64,000 bases of DNA from positions 62,001 through 126,000 of the forward strand of contig DF237030.1 in the NCBI GenBank assembly GCA_000708835.1, read 5' to 3'. Both the position numbers and the translations under genes were made by a program. Position 1 is the stretch's first letter; each line of letters begins with the position of its first letter. Under the pieces are notes generated by a model. It did no database searches, was not told where the DNA came from, and was given only the letters and a program-made list of their open reading frames with translations. The stretch is from Klebsormidium nitens (Eukaryota > Plantae > Klebsormidiophyceae). Positions 12,001 through 24,300 of this stretch are shown one piece after another.

Positions 12001-14899
12001 ATCTGCGAACTTGACTGGCGCCTTCACAACCAGGGAACACGGAGCAAACATGCCACGTTGGGTCGGTCCGTTTGGCAAACAAAGTGCGCCAATCGATGGG
12101 GCAAGCGGGATTCCTTGCCTTGCGACGTACTTTTTGACAAAGCCGACAACGCTCTACACCGCTCCAAAAGATGCCGCCATCCAGTCAACACGAGAGAACA
12201 CGAAGAGGGCATGCGCTCATTTGAGCTCACAGTATCTCGCATCATTGGCAGCCAACTTGGATTCGGATTCCAGTAGAAAAGCGCCCATGAATCTTGGACT
12301 TCCGCTGGTTTTTCTGACGCCATCTCTTTACAGAGCTGAGGGGGCAGCTTGGACCAGAGAAGTAAGACGCACTGCAGAACTCTGTAATGAGATGTTCTGA
12401 TAGTATCCGAGGCAACTTAAGGTCTTAAGATATCCAGGACGCTCAGAAACTGAATAACGTGCTTCGACCAAGTGTCAGGTCAATATCGGAAACGTCATTA
12501 TCTGTTAGCAGCACGTCGTGACTTCACATTGATTACATCAAAGAAAGGCTGGGACGTCTACGGACCCAAATGAGCGGGTTGGGATAATCCTTTCAATTTG
12601 TCAGGAAAGCACAAAGAGCGCACACAGCGGACTCCAGCTACTTTCAACCAACTTACAAGAGTCTTCAGAACGGAGGTTTATGTTATGTAGCAACCTCATG
12701 ATATTCCCGTGAACGGCCTTTACAATCGACATGAAGGCCTGGAAGTTCATGAGGGGGGCTCCGCTCGCTTTTTCCTCCAAAGCAAACCCGCTTCGACTTC
12801 GTCTTCCTAACCAGGAGGACTCGCAGATTTGACAACAGTTTCCAAAAGTGATCTGCAATCAAAGGAATTCCTTACGAAAACGACGAAGCATTGGCCGTTC
12901 ATAGTTGACCCTTGGGCAAGTTGGTCCGGAAGGCCATGCACAGGTCACGACACATCATGCGGCGTAAATCATGCTCAGAAACTTGTCAAAAGGACCGTCA
13001 GGACAATAATTCTTTACAACAAGGACCTAGGCCCTTCAAAAGGAGAACGAAATATAGACTGCCAACAGGCAGGCTGTCATCAGACAGTGCCAACCTAGTC
13101 ATGGATGGGTGTCTCAAAAGAGAGGTCCAAGTACGCAGGACTGAAATGAAGAACGCAAACTAAAGGCCCATGTGAAAAAGGCCCAGACAAAAGATGCCCT
13201 AATAAAATTGGTGCTCTCATGACCCAGAGGTGCTGTGGAATGAACACCCCCATATCCAGCTCATTCGGCTGTTGGATGCGGGCAAGATCCTCAAAAACCC
13301 ACTCCAGTTGGAAGAAAAGGGCAGTATTCAATAAAGCCTTTTTACCTTTCTTTAAGGTATCAAAGACCTTGATCGACTGAGCCTGCCCGGCTCCCCATGT
13401 TCAGAATTGTTGGGGGGAAAACCATCGAGTAAACATGGATTCTCACCTAGAGGCTCCTCCCCAAACGGAATCTCGAACTTGGACAAGGCCTCCACGAGAA
13501 GTAGAGCGAGCTCTGCCCCGCACGTCACCTAAAAAAGATAGCCGGGGCCAATAAGCTGTGGTACAAGATCTGGGGATGCCTACAAGACGTCAGGCCCTTC
13601 ACAGCTTATGAATCTGATCTATCCACAGGATGTTCACCGAGGTGGCTTGGTGCGAAGCAAGCTCTATGCAAATGCGTTTCCTCAACTGCGATAGACGAGC
13701 ATGCGCACTACAAATGAAACACCAATTTACAATTTGGAACTTAGACTGGTCCTGGCAAAATGTAGTAGACACCTGCCATCGCTGGGAACCAGGATAGCAG
13801 TCTGCATGCTTTACAGCAGGTGAAGCGCCGCCAGAATGTCACATGAAAAAGGACAACATGTTTCCAAATTGGCCTTATAACGTGCAGAACTGCCTGGTCT
13901 TCCTGCAATTCTGTTGGTCCATGTTGCAAGAAGTTGGCATGCGCGGGGCAGACAAGAGAATGCTTTTGGGCACTGGCCCAGAGTTCTCTGCAGTTGCACA
14001 CCCTTTTTTTGAGCACCGAGGATTACAGTGCCCGCTCTATGCAAAGAGGTTGCAGTCTATATATGGACAATCTGAGCCTTGAACAGAAAGCCAAGAGTTT
14101 AGAGGACCGATGGAAAGCCCTGATTAAAGCTCACCTGACCGTGCTTCAGCTGTGTGCAGGCACCAGCCTCCAAAAGATCCAGCGCTTCCTTCACCTTCTT
14201 CTGCCCCAGGTACCTACATCCAATGTATATCATCGGTCAGGCCCCAAAAGACTTGGGAGGAGGCACTGTCCTGGGCAGCTGTGCCTCACGGTCCTAGGCT
14301 TAAATCAATCCAATGTTCGACAGAATGAAGTTCTGCTTCAAGAAGCTGCTGCTTGCCAGGGGTATATCACTGACGCCAGTGCGAATTGATGGGTGTGCCG
14401 ACGTGAAGAACGATGTGTGACGATGATCTGTCCAATCGAAGGCACAATCAAAGAAGAAGCTTGCAATCAGCCTTTAGTCTACTGATTCATTAAAGTGACA
14501 AAGTTGACCAAACCATGCACAAGAAACAGCTCACAACACAGCATTACAATCGCCTTGATAAACAGGCTATCTCGGGGTCCACGCGCACACGATCCGCTCC
14601 AACGGAGCACTCACCAGACATCCTTGACATTTGAATCAGAATGTTGTTATGGCAATGAAGAAGCACTTTAAGCCACAGCACTGCATCACCTTCCATAAGG
14701 ACCAAAAGACATGTCAAGCATAGACACTTTGCAACAATAAATGCATGAAGTGCATTCGAGCAAGATTCTCAAAATGGAAGTAGTCCCACCTCGCTTGCAC
14801 ACTCTTGTACATCTGCTGCGCTTCGTAGTACTGTCCTGCTTCAACCGTCTTCTCGAGTTTTTCCACCATCTTCGAAGTTCCAGCTCCGGATGCAGCCAT
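6009..14899 (-). CDS. GET4: GET4 (Golgi to ER traffic protein 4), 10 exons, 316 aa
   Basis: Exons: 14899-14790, 14213-14135, 13528-13447, 9218-9056, 8620-8452, 8090-8044, 7486-7355, 6769-6685, 6337-6266, 6020-6009. All introns are GT-AG and in phase (951 nt total). Motifs GQYYEAQQMYKSV, VTCGAELALL, GAPELHVMLADY, DLVIARAVLQYLSLGNL, LERDALPLFNLLRHKYKPSLERDP match plant GET4. Intron 3 is about 4.2 kb (9219-13446). Confidence 0.95.
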
Positions 14900-15076
14900 G
14901 GCTTCCTTTGGAGAGATACGCCCCCAAAGCTCAACCGAGTGGGACAATGGGAAGGTTGCGTGAATACGTTCAACTCCTGAGCTTGGATGATCTGCAAAGA
15001 TTTTGACAGGCGATGCTGTGCTTTGGCCGCCTTCTTGTCAATGTTATTCTTGTAAACGCCTTCCCTGCTGGTTCAT

Positions 15077-15091
15077 CCTAAACCCTAAACC
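15077..15091. promoter_or_regulatory. Telobox (AAACCCTAA) in the 312-bp divergent promoter shared by GET4 and TenA paralog 1
   Basis: CCTAAACCCTAAACCC, with AAACCCTAA at 15080-15088, lies between the head-to-head ATGs at 14899 (-) and 15212 (+). Teloboxes are established plant promoter elements. Confidence 0.6.
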
Positions 15092-15211
15092 CGGCTTCAA
15101 GTTCAAGGAGACAACCCTAATAATATCAAACCAGCAAACTTTCCTTCACCACTTTCCCCTGCTTCCTCAGGCTTGCAAGAACAGGACAAGAACAGCAGGA
15201 ATCACGTCGCC

Positions 15212-17474
15212 ATGGTTTCAGTGAATCCCGCTATTGGCCTTGCGTCTCCGGCACCTATTTCAGAAAGGCTTTGGCTCTCCTGCTCTGACCTCGCAGCTCG
15301 CGCTTTGGCCTGCCCGTTCGTTTCACAGCTCGCAGCTGGCAAGCTTAGAAAACTCACATTCCAGCATTACATCGCGCAGAATGCGTTCTACTTAGCTGCA
15401 CTGGCAGAAACATATGAACGGGCTGGAACTTACATCAAAGATTCTGAAGCGAAAAGGTTGCTGTGGGAGTTGAGGGAAGCAGTGGTCCTGGAGCTGGGGC
15501 GCTATGATGGGTATGCTAACGTGAGAAAAAATAGTGGTGCACCATGTAGAAAAGCTGGAAAGGACCACAGGGTCGTGTCCTTGCTGCTGGATTCGTCTCT
15601 GTTTGATAGAATGCAATTTAGCAGCATAACTTGGAACCAACAACAAAGCCTTCAGAGGCTACTCGGGTATAAGTTGTCCACAATTTTGCTGGGGGCTATC
15701 TTTCCCCAAAATGATTCGGCTCTTTAGACTTGAAGGACCCTTCAAAAATTTCTTTGTTGCCGATGCTGCTCATTTCTGATCTATCCTTTCCTTTACCCCT
15801 TGTCCCACATGGACTCGGTTTTCGACTCTATAATCTATGTAAGGCTTGTTGGGGGCAGATTGCATCAACGGTTGCAGTCTGTGTCCAGCTTGTTTTCCTG
15901 CAAAGCCTTAGTTGATTCAATAAACAGCATATCTTGAGAATACCCTGATACTTCTAAGATACTTTTCTGGGGGATGAACATAGAGATTGGTAAGACCGTG
16001 AATGAACAAATCTATAGCCTATCCTCTGAACAAGTTTCATCCATTTCTGCCAAGAAGCGTACAGAGACATGTACAGGAACTTGTGCCATTTATGTCTTCG
16101 AACTTGGAAGGTTTTCTCTAATGCTATGCAGGCTTGGGTTATCGATCTGAAGGACCACCCTGAGCCCAGCGAAGCAACAAAGAAATACATCGACTTCTTG
16201 ATCCGAGCGACTTCAAGAGCACAAAACGTTGCGCTCCCTAGTGCCTTTAGGGAAGGCGAAACAGTCGCCAACAGGTTAAAACCATTAGAAGTTGAGTCTT
16301 GTACATATGATGAGAAGAGCTCTAGAAACGGTATCGAACTTGGGGATCAAAGTGTAGACGGGTTTTCTGATCTACTCGAAAAGGTGGAAAGGCAGGCGAC
16401 GAAGGTTTTAGATCCGAAGCAGCAAACGAATCATAGGAATCTGATGGATCAGAGATTCTCGCCGAAGAACTGTAGTGCGGCAAAGGCAGTTGCTGCACTG
16501 TTGCCGTGCATGCAGCTGTATGCGTTTCTTGGCAGGGAGTTGAGCAGAGGAAACGATCTCGAGGGTCATCCTTACAAGGACTGGATTACGAGTCACGCCT
16601 CTGCTGAGTTTCAGGTGAGCATGACTACTACTCAAGGCTCATCAAGAATCTGCCTCGTCCCGTTGGGTTTGACCATTTCTCTGGGTTTTGGACCCTGATA
16701 AAAACAGACCCACATGTTTTCTTTCCTTCCTGAGGTCCAATCGATGTCATGTCTGACGTTCCTTCAGGGTTGTTGTACTTGTCGCTTTTCTTGAAAGACC
16801 TTTTGGAGCAACAAAAGAAGAGGACCATAGATGTCTCCTCAAATGCACTCCTGTTCCAACCATCTTGAGCTCCATCGAAAGATACTGCGTAGGTAGTGTT
16901 AGGATCTGATCGATCGATCATCACCTCCAATTCAGAGTACTTCTTTGTAGAGAATGCTGGCTCCGTCATCACAGATTGTGGTTGTCGATCCTCTGTGGAG
17001 TCACTTACCATGGGTACATTTGTCGAATCCGTTTACTTGTTCCAGTCGTCAAAATCCGTCCCCCCCCGGCCTTTCGAACCACATATTCATGGCCAAACGT
17101 TTCACGTCGAGAACCTTGTACATTCCTGCTGATTCCTTCTTGTCTCCCGTACTTCGAAAGGAACTTGTTACTCCGAGATTAGTGCTACAAAAGCTCTCAG
17201 TCCTCCGACACGCCGAAACTTGAACCGAGCCATCTCTGCATTTCAAGATTGCGGCATACTTGAACCTTCAGAACTAAAACATCAAATGGTATCCTAACCT
17301 GCTCAGGTCGAATGTCCGCAGGCCGCTTCTGCCAAGATGGAGACCATTCTCGACAGCGTCTGCCAACAAGACGATTCCTTGGAGGCACTGCTGCCAGTGT
17401 ATAGAGAGGCAATGCTCCTGGAGCTCAATTTTTTCGCGGGACAACCGGCCCTCTTGCCGGCGGCACCGCATTGA
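15212..17474 (+). CDS. TenA/THI-4 (thiaminase II-like) protein, paralog 1; resembles the TenA domain of plant TH2 but has no HAD domain; 314 aa
   Basis: Exons 15212-15520, 16132-16614, 17322-17474 (945 nt). Motifs LAAGKL..FQHYIAQNAFYL, ATKKYIDFL, AALLPCMQLYAFLG, HPYKDWI, YREAMLLELNFFAGQP. Confidence 0.9.
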
Positions 17475-17559
17475 ACCGTTCAGCAGCTGAGCTTGGGCTA
17501 AACATGGCATATAGACCTGATTGGACCACCAAAACCTCTGCTGGCTTGCCCGACAGAAG

Positions 17560-18200
17560 GCCGCCACCGCCGCCTGGCGGCATGCGTTGAGTACTTGATA
17601 CTAACCCGAGAGCCGAGGACATCAATGATCTGGGCCGGCCACGTGGCACGATCATGCGCTTTCATATATACGGGGACTCAACGAATTGAATTATGGCCAG
17701 TCGAAACATGTATAACTCGCGGCCCTGTCAATCCGATTAGAAGCTCCGAGTCCGATAGACGTAATTCACTGAAGGCCGCGAAGAAACGGTTCGCTCATTG
17801 CCCCGAGTCGTGTGGAATTACCATTGAGAACCAGGCTTCTGTAAGGTACATATGGTAATTGCAAACATCTTTATACGCGTGTTGCATGCTTATGGACGCC
17901 GATCCTGGGATGAGCTGGCTGGCTGGTCGACGCATACCCATATACCTCTCCGGATATCTTCAATAAAATATCAGGTATATAGATGGTTGCTCAATGCAGC
18001 CATGCCTATATAAGCAAAGTGCAGTGAGTCGAACTTTTGAGAGCTTCGGAAGCTCAAAAAGTTTAAGCTCCGATCATCCAATTCAAAATATTTAGTGGCA
18101 TATCATGCAGGCTAACCGTGCGTATACAGGCCGGCTGGGGCGGCTGTCAATCACCCGTGTGATCATGCATGGTTGCACTTGACCCTGACATTATTAGCGA
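17560..18200. other. Palindrome-rich non-coding island with a stem-loop, in the tail-to-tail gap between TenA1 and ddl
   Basis: Many CATG/ATAT/TATA/GGCC/GATC words. Hairpin AACTTTT-GA-GAGCTT-cgg-AAGCTC-AAAAAGTT at 18032-18063. Confidence 0.5.
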
Positions 18201-18391
18201 TGCTGTCACCAACGAATGCATTGTTTCGAATCGTTATATCGTACGAAAGCCTCACGAGCCGAATCAACCATACAACCAAGTCGACGAGCCCCGGCTTGAC
18301 CCGGCAGCATCATTTAGATGCAGGCATGACTGTCGATCTCTGACACGACTAGGTAGTTGATATTAGTCACCGTCGCAATACAAGGGAGTCT

Positions 18392-21300
18392 TTATGGTCT
18401 ACGAGCAACGATTGCCAACTCGACAACCTTCCGGAAGAATGCCTTGGGATACAATGGGGGCTCCTCTGCCAGAGCCTGCAAACGAGCAGATACCGCACCA
18501 ATCAAACCCTTATCGATCTGTAGGGGAATCTCTAAGGTAAGTCCATATAAATGTTAAGCACTTCAGAGTATCTTTGCATGACCAGATACGACATGTTCGA
18601 GGACTGACAATCGCAAGTGGCCACAACAAGCCAACACGTACCCAGATCCTGAGAAGATAGACTGGAATCCTTCCCCCAAACACAAACCTCAGAGCTTTGC
18701 AGGTTTTGAGTACTCCCAGTGCTCTCACACGGCCTTTTTCCGTTGATGAGAAAGCCTTGGGGCTCAGCTTTTACTGCCGAAACAATGCAGTGCCGCAGAT
18801 GCTCACCTGATGGAACAGCACCGTGGAGGGAGTCATGCCGGGCACCGTGTTCGCCTCGATCACAATGATCTGCAGGCAGCAATCGCGCTTAAGTCAGCGT
18901 ATCGCCAACTGTGCAATACTTGACCATGTTCTCTTGAAACCACAGAGCGCGATCTGGCTGAACAGCGTTTATTCCAAGAAGCACAAAAGAGAGTTCAAGC
19001 TTTTAGCCCATGCGTAACAAATTAGATGGCTAAGACGCAGCCCACCTCGCCACTATCCGCGTGAACGAAGGCGTCGATGCGAGCAAAACCCTCCAACCCC
19101 AGGGCGGCCGCGACGAGCTCGATCCGCTCCTTGCACGACCGGAGAGCGGTCGGACTGCGCAAACGGAAATGTGCAATGGCTCAATAGCTGCTGGAAACGG
19201 GTACATGTTTCAGGAGGACTCGAGCCGAAATTTCGGTGTTAGCAAAAGACGCGCTCTCGGTGGGTACCGGCGCCCTTACGGTCTCGGAAAAGCCCGCACA
19301 GTAGTAAGCTATTCTGATATGCATGACAGCTGACAACAGAATGTGTCTTTTCAGCAACTGCTCTGCTTCAACAAAGGTCAGACAGCGAGCGCGTTAACCA
19401 CAGAGCCGCGTTCTCTGACTCACACAGCTCGACACGTGCGAAACAGGTGTCGGAGTGCAGACTTCGCACATAGTACCCTTCCCGGAGTCTCCGATTCGTT
19501 TCACTTCTTATCCAACAACAACACGCACGAGGGTTTGCTTTCAACCTCGATTCAAATACTTTCTTTCCAAGCAGTACCTGACGATCTCGGCGGGGGGGGG
19601 TGTCAGGTTCACCCCAGTTCCCCCCTGGAACTTCTCCTCCAGAGACAGCACATGCCCGCTCTCCTTCACCGTTATGCTCGGACTCAGCGCCTTCATTGCG
19701 CCCTTTGGCCCCAACACCCCGACCGTAACTTCGACCCACCGGGACTTTCCTGCCCACACTAGTTCCGTACCCGACATTTGTTTAGCAACCAATGGGGAGG
19801 CCCGATCGGACACCCCCAAAATTGCCTCCTCCCCTTCATGGTCCTTTCCGTTTCCGTTTCCGTTCCGCCCTGAATCTGCGGAGCGCCCCGATGTCCGACT
19901 TTGCTCTGTGCTCTTTTCCGTTTGCCGCCGGATGAGAATCGGATCCGTCTCAATGAACGGCTCAAACATGAACCGCGCCGGCGGCGGCACCGCCATTTCC
20001 ACCCCCCCCTCGCTGGTGCTCAGCGCCCCCGGAGCTAGCTGCGGCCTCCGGTCCCGCACCGCCGTCAGGTATGACGTCAGATCCCCCACGTGGTCCAACC
20101 GCGCGACACCGGTCGAGCAGCCGTCGGACGCGGGCTTGACGCACACGTGCATGCAGTCGAGCTCTCTAAGGAGGGAGTCCCAAAGAGAAGCGGTGTGATC
20201 AGTGGAGAGGGTTTCTAGCAGCTGGGCGGTCGGGAAAACGCGCTTGGCTGCAGAGAAGATGCCGTCGGGGCGGAGCTGCGAACGGAAGCGGAACGGTCAG
20301 CGAGCGAGTGAAGCAGCGCGAATCCGAGGAGGCGCTTCGAAGCCTCCCAGATATTTCCAGTGAGTTAAATATCACAGGGAGGATCTGAACGCTTTGAAAG
20401 CTTCAATTCGAATGGAGAGCGAAGTTCACGGTAAACAGAGCAATGGACGAGAAAGCACCAGGATGAAGCTCTTCAATCGATCTGGCCGGCAAGCCAAGGT
20501 TCAATACCCGCAACAGATCTGAGTATACCCTAAGCACAGATATGAGCATACCCTAAGCACGTCTAAGGCACTTTCTTAGAGCGTCTGGTCGCCGCCCCTT
20601 AACTTTCGTGCAGAAAAATTTGCGGCACCTGGAATCTGACATACCAAACCGAGAAACCTGAGCGGGAAGTATGTAAACCGGCTGAAAGCATGCTAGTGAC
20701 TCACATGAGCAATCGCCTCCGCCGTCGCATACTTATCCATACACGTTCGTGAAGCCGCCGCATCCGAGCCCGTGTGTGGAACCCCCGCCATTTCGAGCAT
20801 ATCTTGTAGAGTGCCGTCTTCTCCAATCCCTCCATGCACAGCCAAAAACACGACCGCGTTCTCTTCCCTCGACTCTCGGATGAAGTCTCGCAACAGTAGC
20901 CGGCGAGGTTTTGATGGCGTAATGGAGCCCAGGGGTTTTTTGGGGGTTAGGGAGCCAGCGTTATTGGCTTTTCTTTCTGACCCAGAAGCTTTGGCAGAGT
21001 TTCCACCCGGAGACTCTGGGGTTTGGGACTGGGTTTGCGAGGAGGGTTCCGAGGTCGAGCAGGCCGCGCCGCTGGAGGCCCGCTCGAGCTCAGCAATGAC
21101 GTGGCTCCTCAGCGTGTCGACACGTGTCAGGGTCTCCGGCTCGAGCGCCTTTTCACACCCCTCGACGACCTCTTCTACGGTATGCCGCAACACCGATGCA
21201 TAAGGGAGCGCCCAGACCTCTCTTTCTCCCGCTTCTTTCGAAGTTTCGCTGTCGGAAGTCTGCGCAGCCGGCGCCAGTAGGAAGGGTTCGACGGCGAGGT

Positions 21301-24300
21301 CGGAGAAGCTGCGCAGCTTGAGCCACACGTTGGTCCCGCTCATGAGCGACACCTGGCGCTCGGAGGTGCTGCCACCGAAGAGGACCTTGACGGTGCGCAG
21401 GGGAGCCTGGTTGGCGAAAGGGTACAGAGGCGTTAGCCAATTGAAGCAGCGATATGGTGAAGGTCAAAAGACGTATTGACGCAGTTCGTTTTGTGCATCT
21501 CAGATGGATGACGAATGATTCTTAACGAAGCTCAGCAGAACCTTTTCCGGCTGCCGGCCAGCCACAGAGGCAACCATGTTCAGTTCAGAAGTGAGGAGTG
21601 AAAAGGACCCCAAAAGCACCTAGACCGATTAGAGACTTGAACCCTAAGGTCCGGGTCTTGTTTGATGGTCTGCATTTGTACTTCCCCCCCGTTTGAATCA
21701 GACCGTTCCGCGGTGTCATTAATGCGTGAAAGGGCTTTGTCAATAAGGGCTGAAATGTTATCTTTACTCTCTTGACAGAAGTCTGTGTCTTTCAGCACCC
21801 CTCCACTTATCGACCTGGCCCAATAACATTTGTTTGCTTTCAAAAGCAACCAACCCTGAATGTCGCCGAACCAAACTGTCGGCCAAAAGGTGGGGGGAAT
21901 ACGAAGAAAAACAACTTACCGGGGTTCCTTGTTTGCTGTTGTCACTCCCCATTCCCGGCCCCCCAATCCCGTTGCGTGCGCACGCCGTATCCAAAACCCG
22001 CCTCAACACGTCAGCATGCGCTAGCCCCACTTCCGCCGCTTGCTGGAAGAGGAAGCTTGTCTGCTCCATGCCGCTCATCAGGTTGATGTCCGAAAAGACG
22101 ATCGTTCCGCTCGAGTTCCTTCCGCTTCGGTCCGTTTCCCCTCCGTTTCCGTCCGGATTCCGTCCACTTCCGTCCGCCCGTAAGAGCCAACCGTCTACCC
22201 TTGCGAAGTCCCTGAGCCCCAAAACACGGAACAGCTTCGCAGCACCTTCTCGGATTGCGCTTACTGTTGCCGGAGGAAATCGAGGGGGGGTGTAATAACC
22301 AACTTGCCTGGTCGGGAGGTACTTTCTCCGGTAGTTGAAGATAGCCCCCGCTGCCTTTACTCCATCCAATTCTCGTTCGAGTATCAACTCAACTTCTGTG
22401 GGCAGAAGAGTGACAGGCTGGGCGGATCTGGGACTGTGCACATTTTCAGTTTCTTCGTTTTGGGGGGACGGGACGTCTAGGACAATGGCTGTGAACTCGC
22501 GACCCCCTGAGGCGAAGAGCTCAACGACCACTCGGGAGTCGATGCCATCCGCGATGATGTGCTGGCACTTCATAAGCGTGTCGCGGAGCCCATAAGCGAT
22601 GGAGACGCCGATGCTCGAGCCAGCACAGGCCGGCTTGGTCTGCACGTGTGGTCTTGACAGGGTGAGCCACAAGTGGACGTCATGCTGACGTTATCATGCG
22701 TGAAACGAATGCTACTTATGAAAAAGAAAGGATGCTCCAAAGCGTGACTAGGGAGCGCTCGGGAAAAAGCCGTCTGATTGAGTTGAGGGCTTCTGCGTAG
22801 GAGCAATCAGAAAAAAGCAGATTGACAGCATACCAAATATCTAAGAGAACACTCTCCAAGGTTCCAACGGAGCACGTGCATCTTTCGACCACGGCTGCTT
22901 GCAAAGCGACCACCGCACGCCCTCGTTCCCAAGTCGCGACAGATTCTTCCGACTCGGCAAGCCATAACAACGAGTCTTGCAAGTGGTCCCTGAGAAGACA
23001 CGTGAAGGCAAGAGCAGACAACCGACCGGATGAGACGATGCTAGCGGAATCTCACAAGATTGGTAAGTACACAAATCTGCAGAACGAGGTTTTACAATTG
23101 GGAAGCTGGTCAACTCACCACAACGCGGCCGTTTTCCTCGTCGATCCCGTGCTCGTCAAACCAGGCCGATAGGGCAGATTCGTCGGATGCAGGGTCCTGC
23201 AGTTTTCAAATTGCACCTATGTGACAATACGCTTTGACAGGGTTGATATTGTTGATCAATCAACAATCTGAGCATATCTGAGCACACGAAAGCCAGCCCC
23301 ACGGTGGGATCTTTCTTTACGTGTCACAGAGCACTCAGAAGTCTTTGGGGACTTGATATCCGCTTCTGAAATACCTCTAAAAAGTCACATGGATTCGTGC
23401 AGAAAATCCAGGACGCTTGCGGTGGCTACTCGTAAAAAGCCCTTGTTTAGAGCTGGCGTGGATGTTGCTCAAAGGCAAACTATGAGGTAGGCTCAAAAGT
23501 TCCGATGTCGTACGTGGCGGTTGGCACTAACGGAGACGAAACTCACCGTGACCAGAAACGCTGGGAGGGTGGCAAAGCCAGCTGCTCGCAAAAGCTGCGC
23601 CGCCTCGTACTGCAAAGAAGTAGTTTCGATAAATGTTGACCACAGAACAGGTCAACGCATCCAAGTTCGAAGCAATCGAGCACGTTGAGAGTTCGACGGT
23701 TTCTAAAGTACGCTACTTCCGGCTGAGGATGACACGGCGAGTTTGAATCTAATTAATGCCGTTCTCGTGACAGTTTGCATAAACTTGAGCCGCCAACTGT
23801 CAAACGCCGTCGTATCATTCTTGCTACTTGATGTAGAAGTAGAGAAGCCGTGGATGCCGTGGAAGCCGTGAATTTAATGGGCCCGTTTGAAACGGGAGTA
23901 CACTCACCTTGTCAAAAGCTTTCGCAGCCGCTTCTGCGCCTGTTCCGACGAACGGCAGCCCCTCACCCTCGAGCAGGCGCTGAGGCATAGTAAGTGATTG
24001 AAAGCGTCAAAACAGGCCTTAGAAGCTTGCTCTGGGGTCACAACTATTAGTCGGGGAAAGTAGAGTGAAGTCGCACCTGAATACTGTATTGCCACTGTCA
24101 TTCGCATCCCGGATTCGCAAATGAAAAGTTTCAGACTTCGTGCATTTTTCGTCGTAATGGCCGAACAAGTGTATCATTTTTTTCCATTCTGCCTGTTGAA
24201 TAGGCTGGTTTTGGCTGGAATTCCTTGATCGTCGTTCTGCACCAGGCAGCGGATAATCAGAATCCGCCAGAGGTAGAAATAACTTGTTCTAGGCGAAGTG

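Noticed and set aside
16628-17011. 127-aa minus-strand ORF inside TenA1 intron 2
   Set aside because: It has a GTG start, no motif and no supporting splice structure; this length is within chance here.
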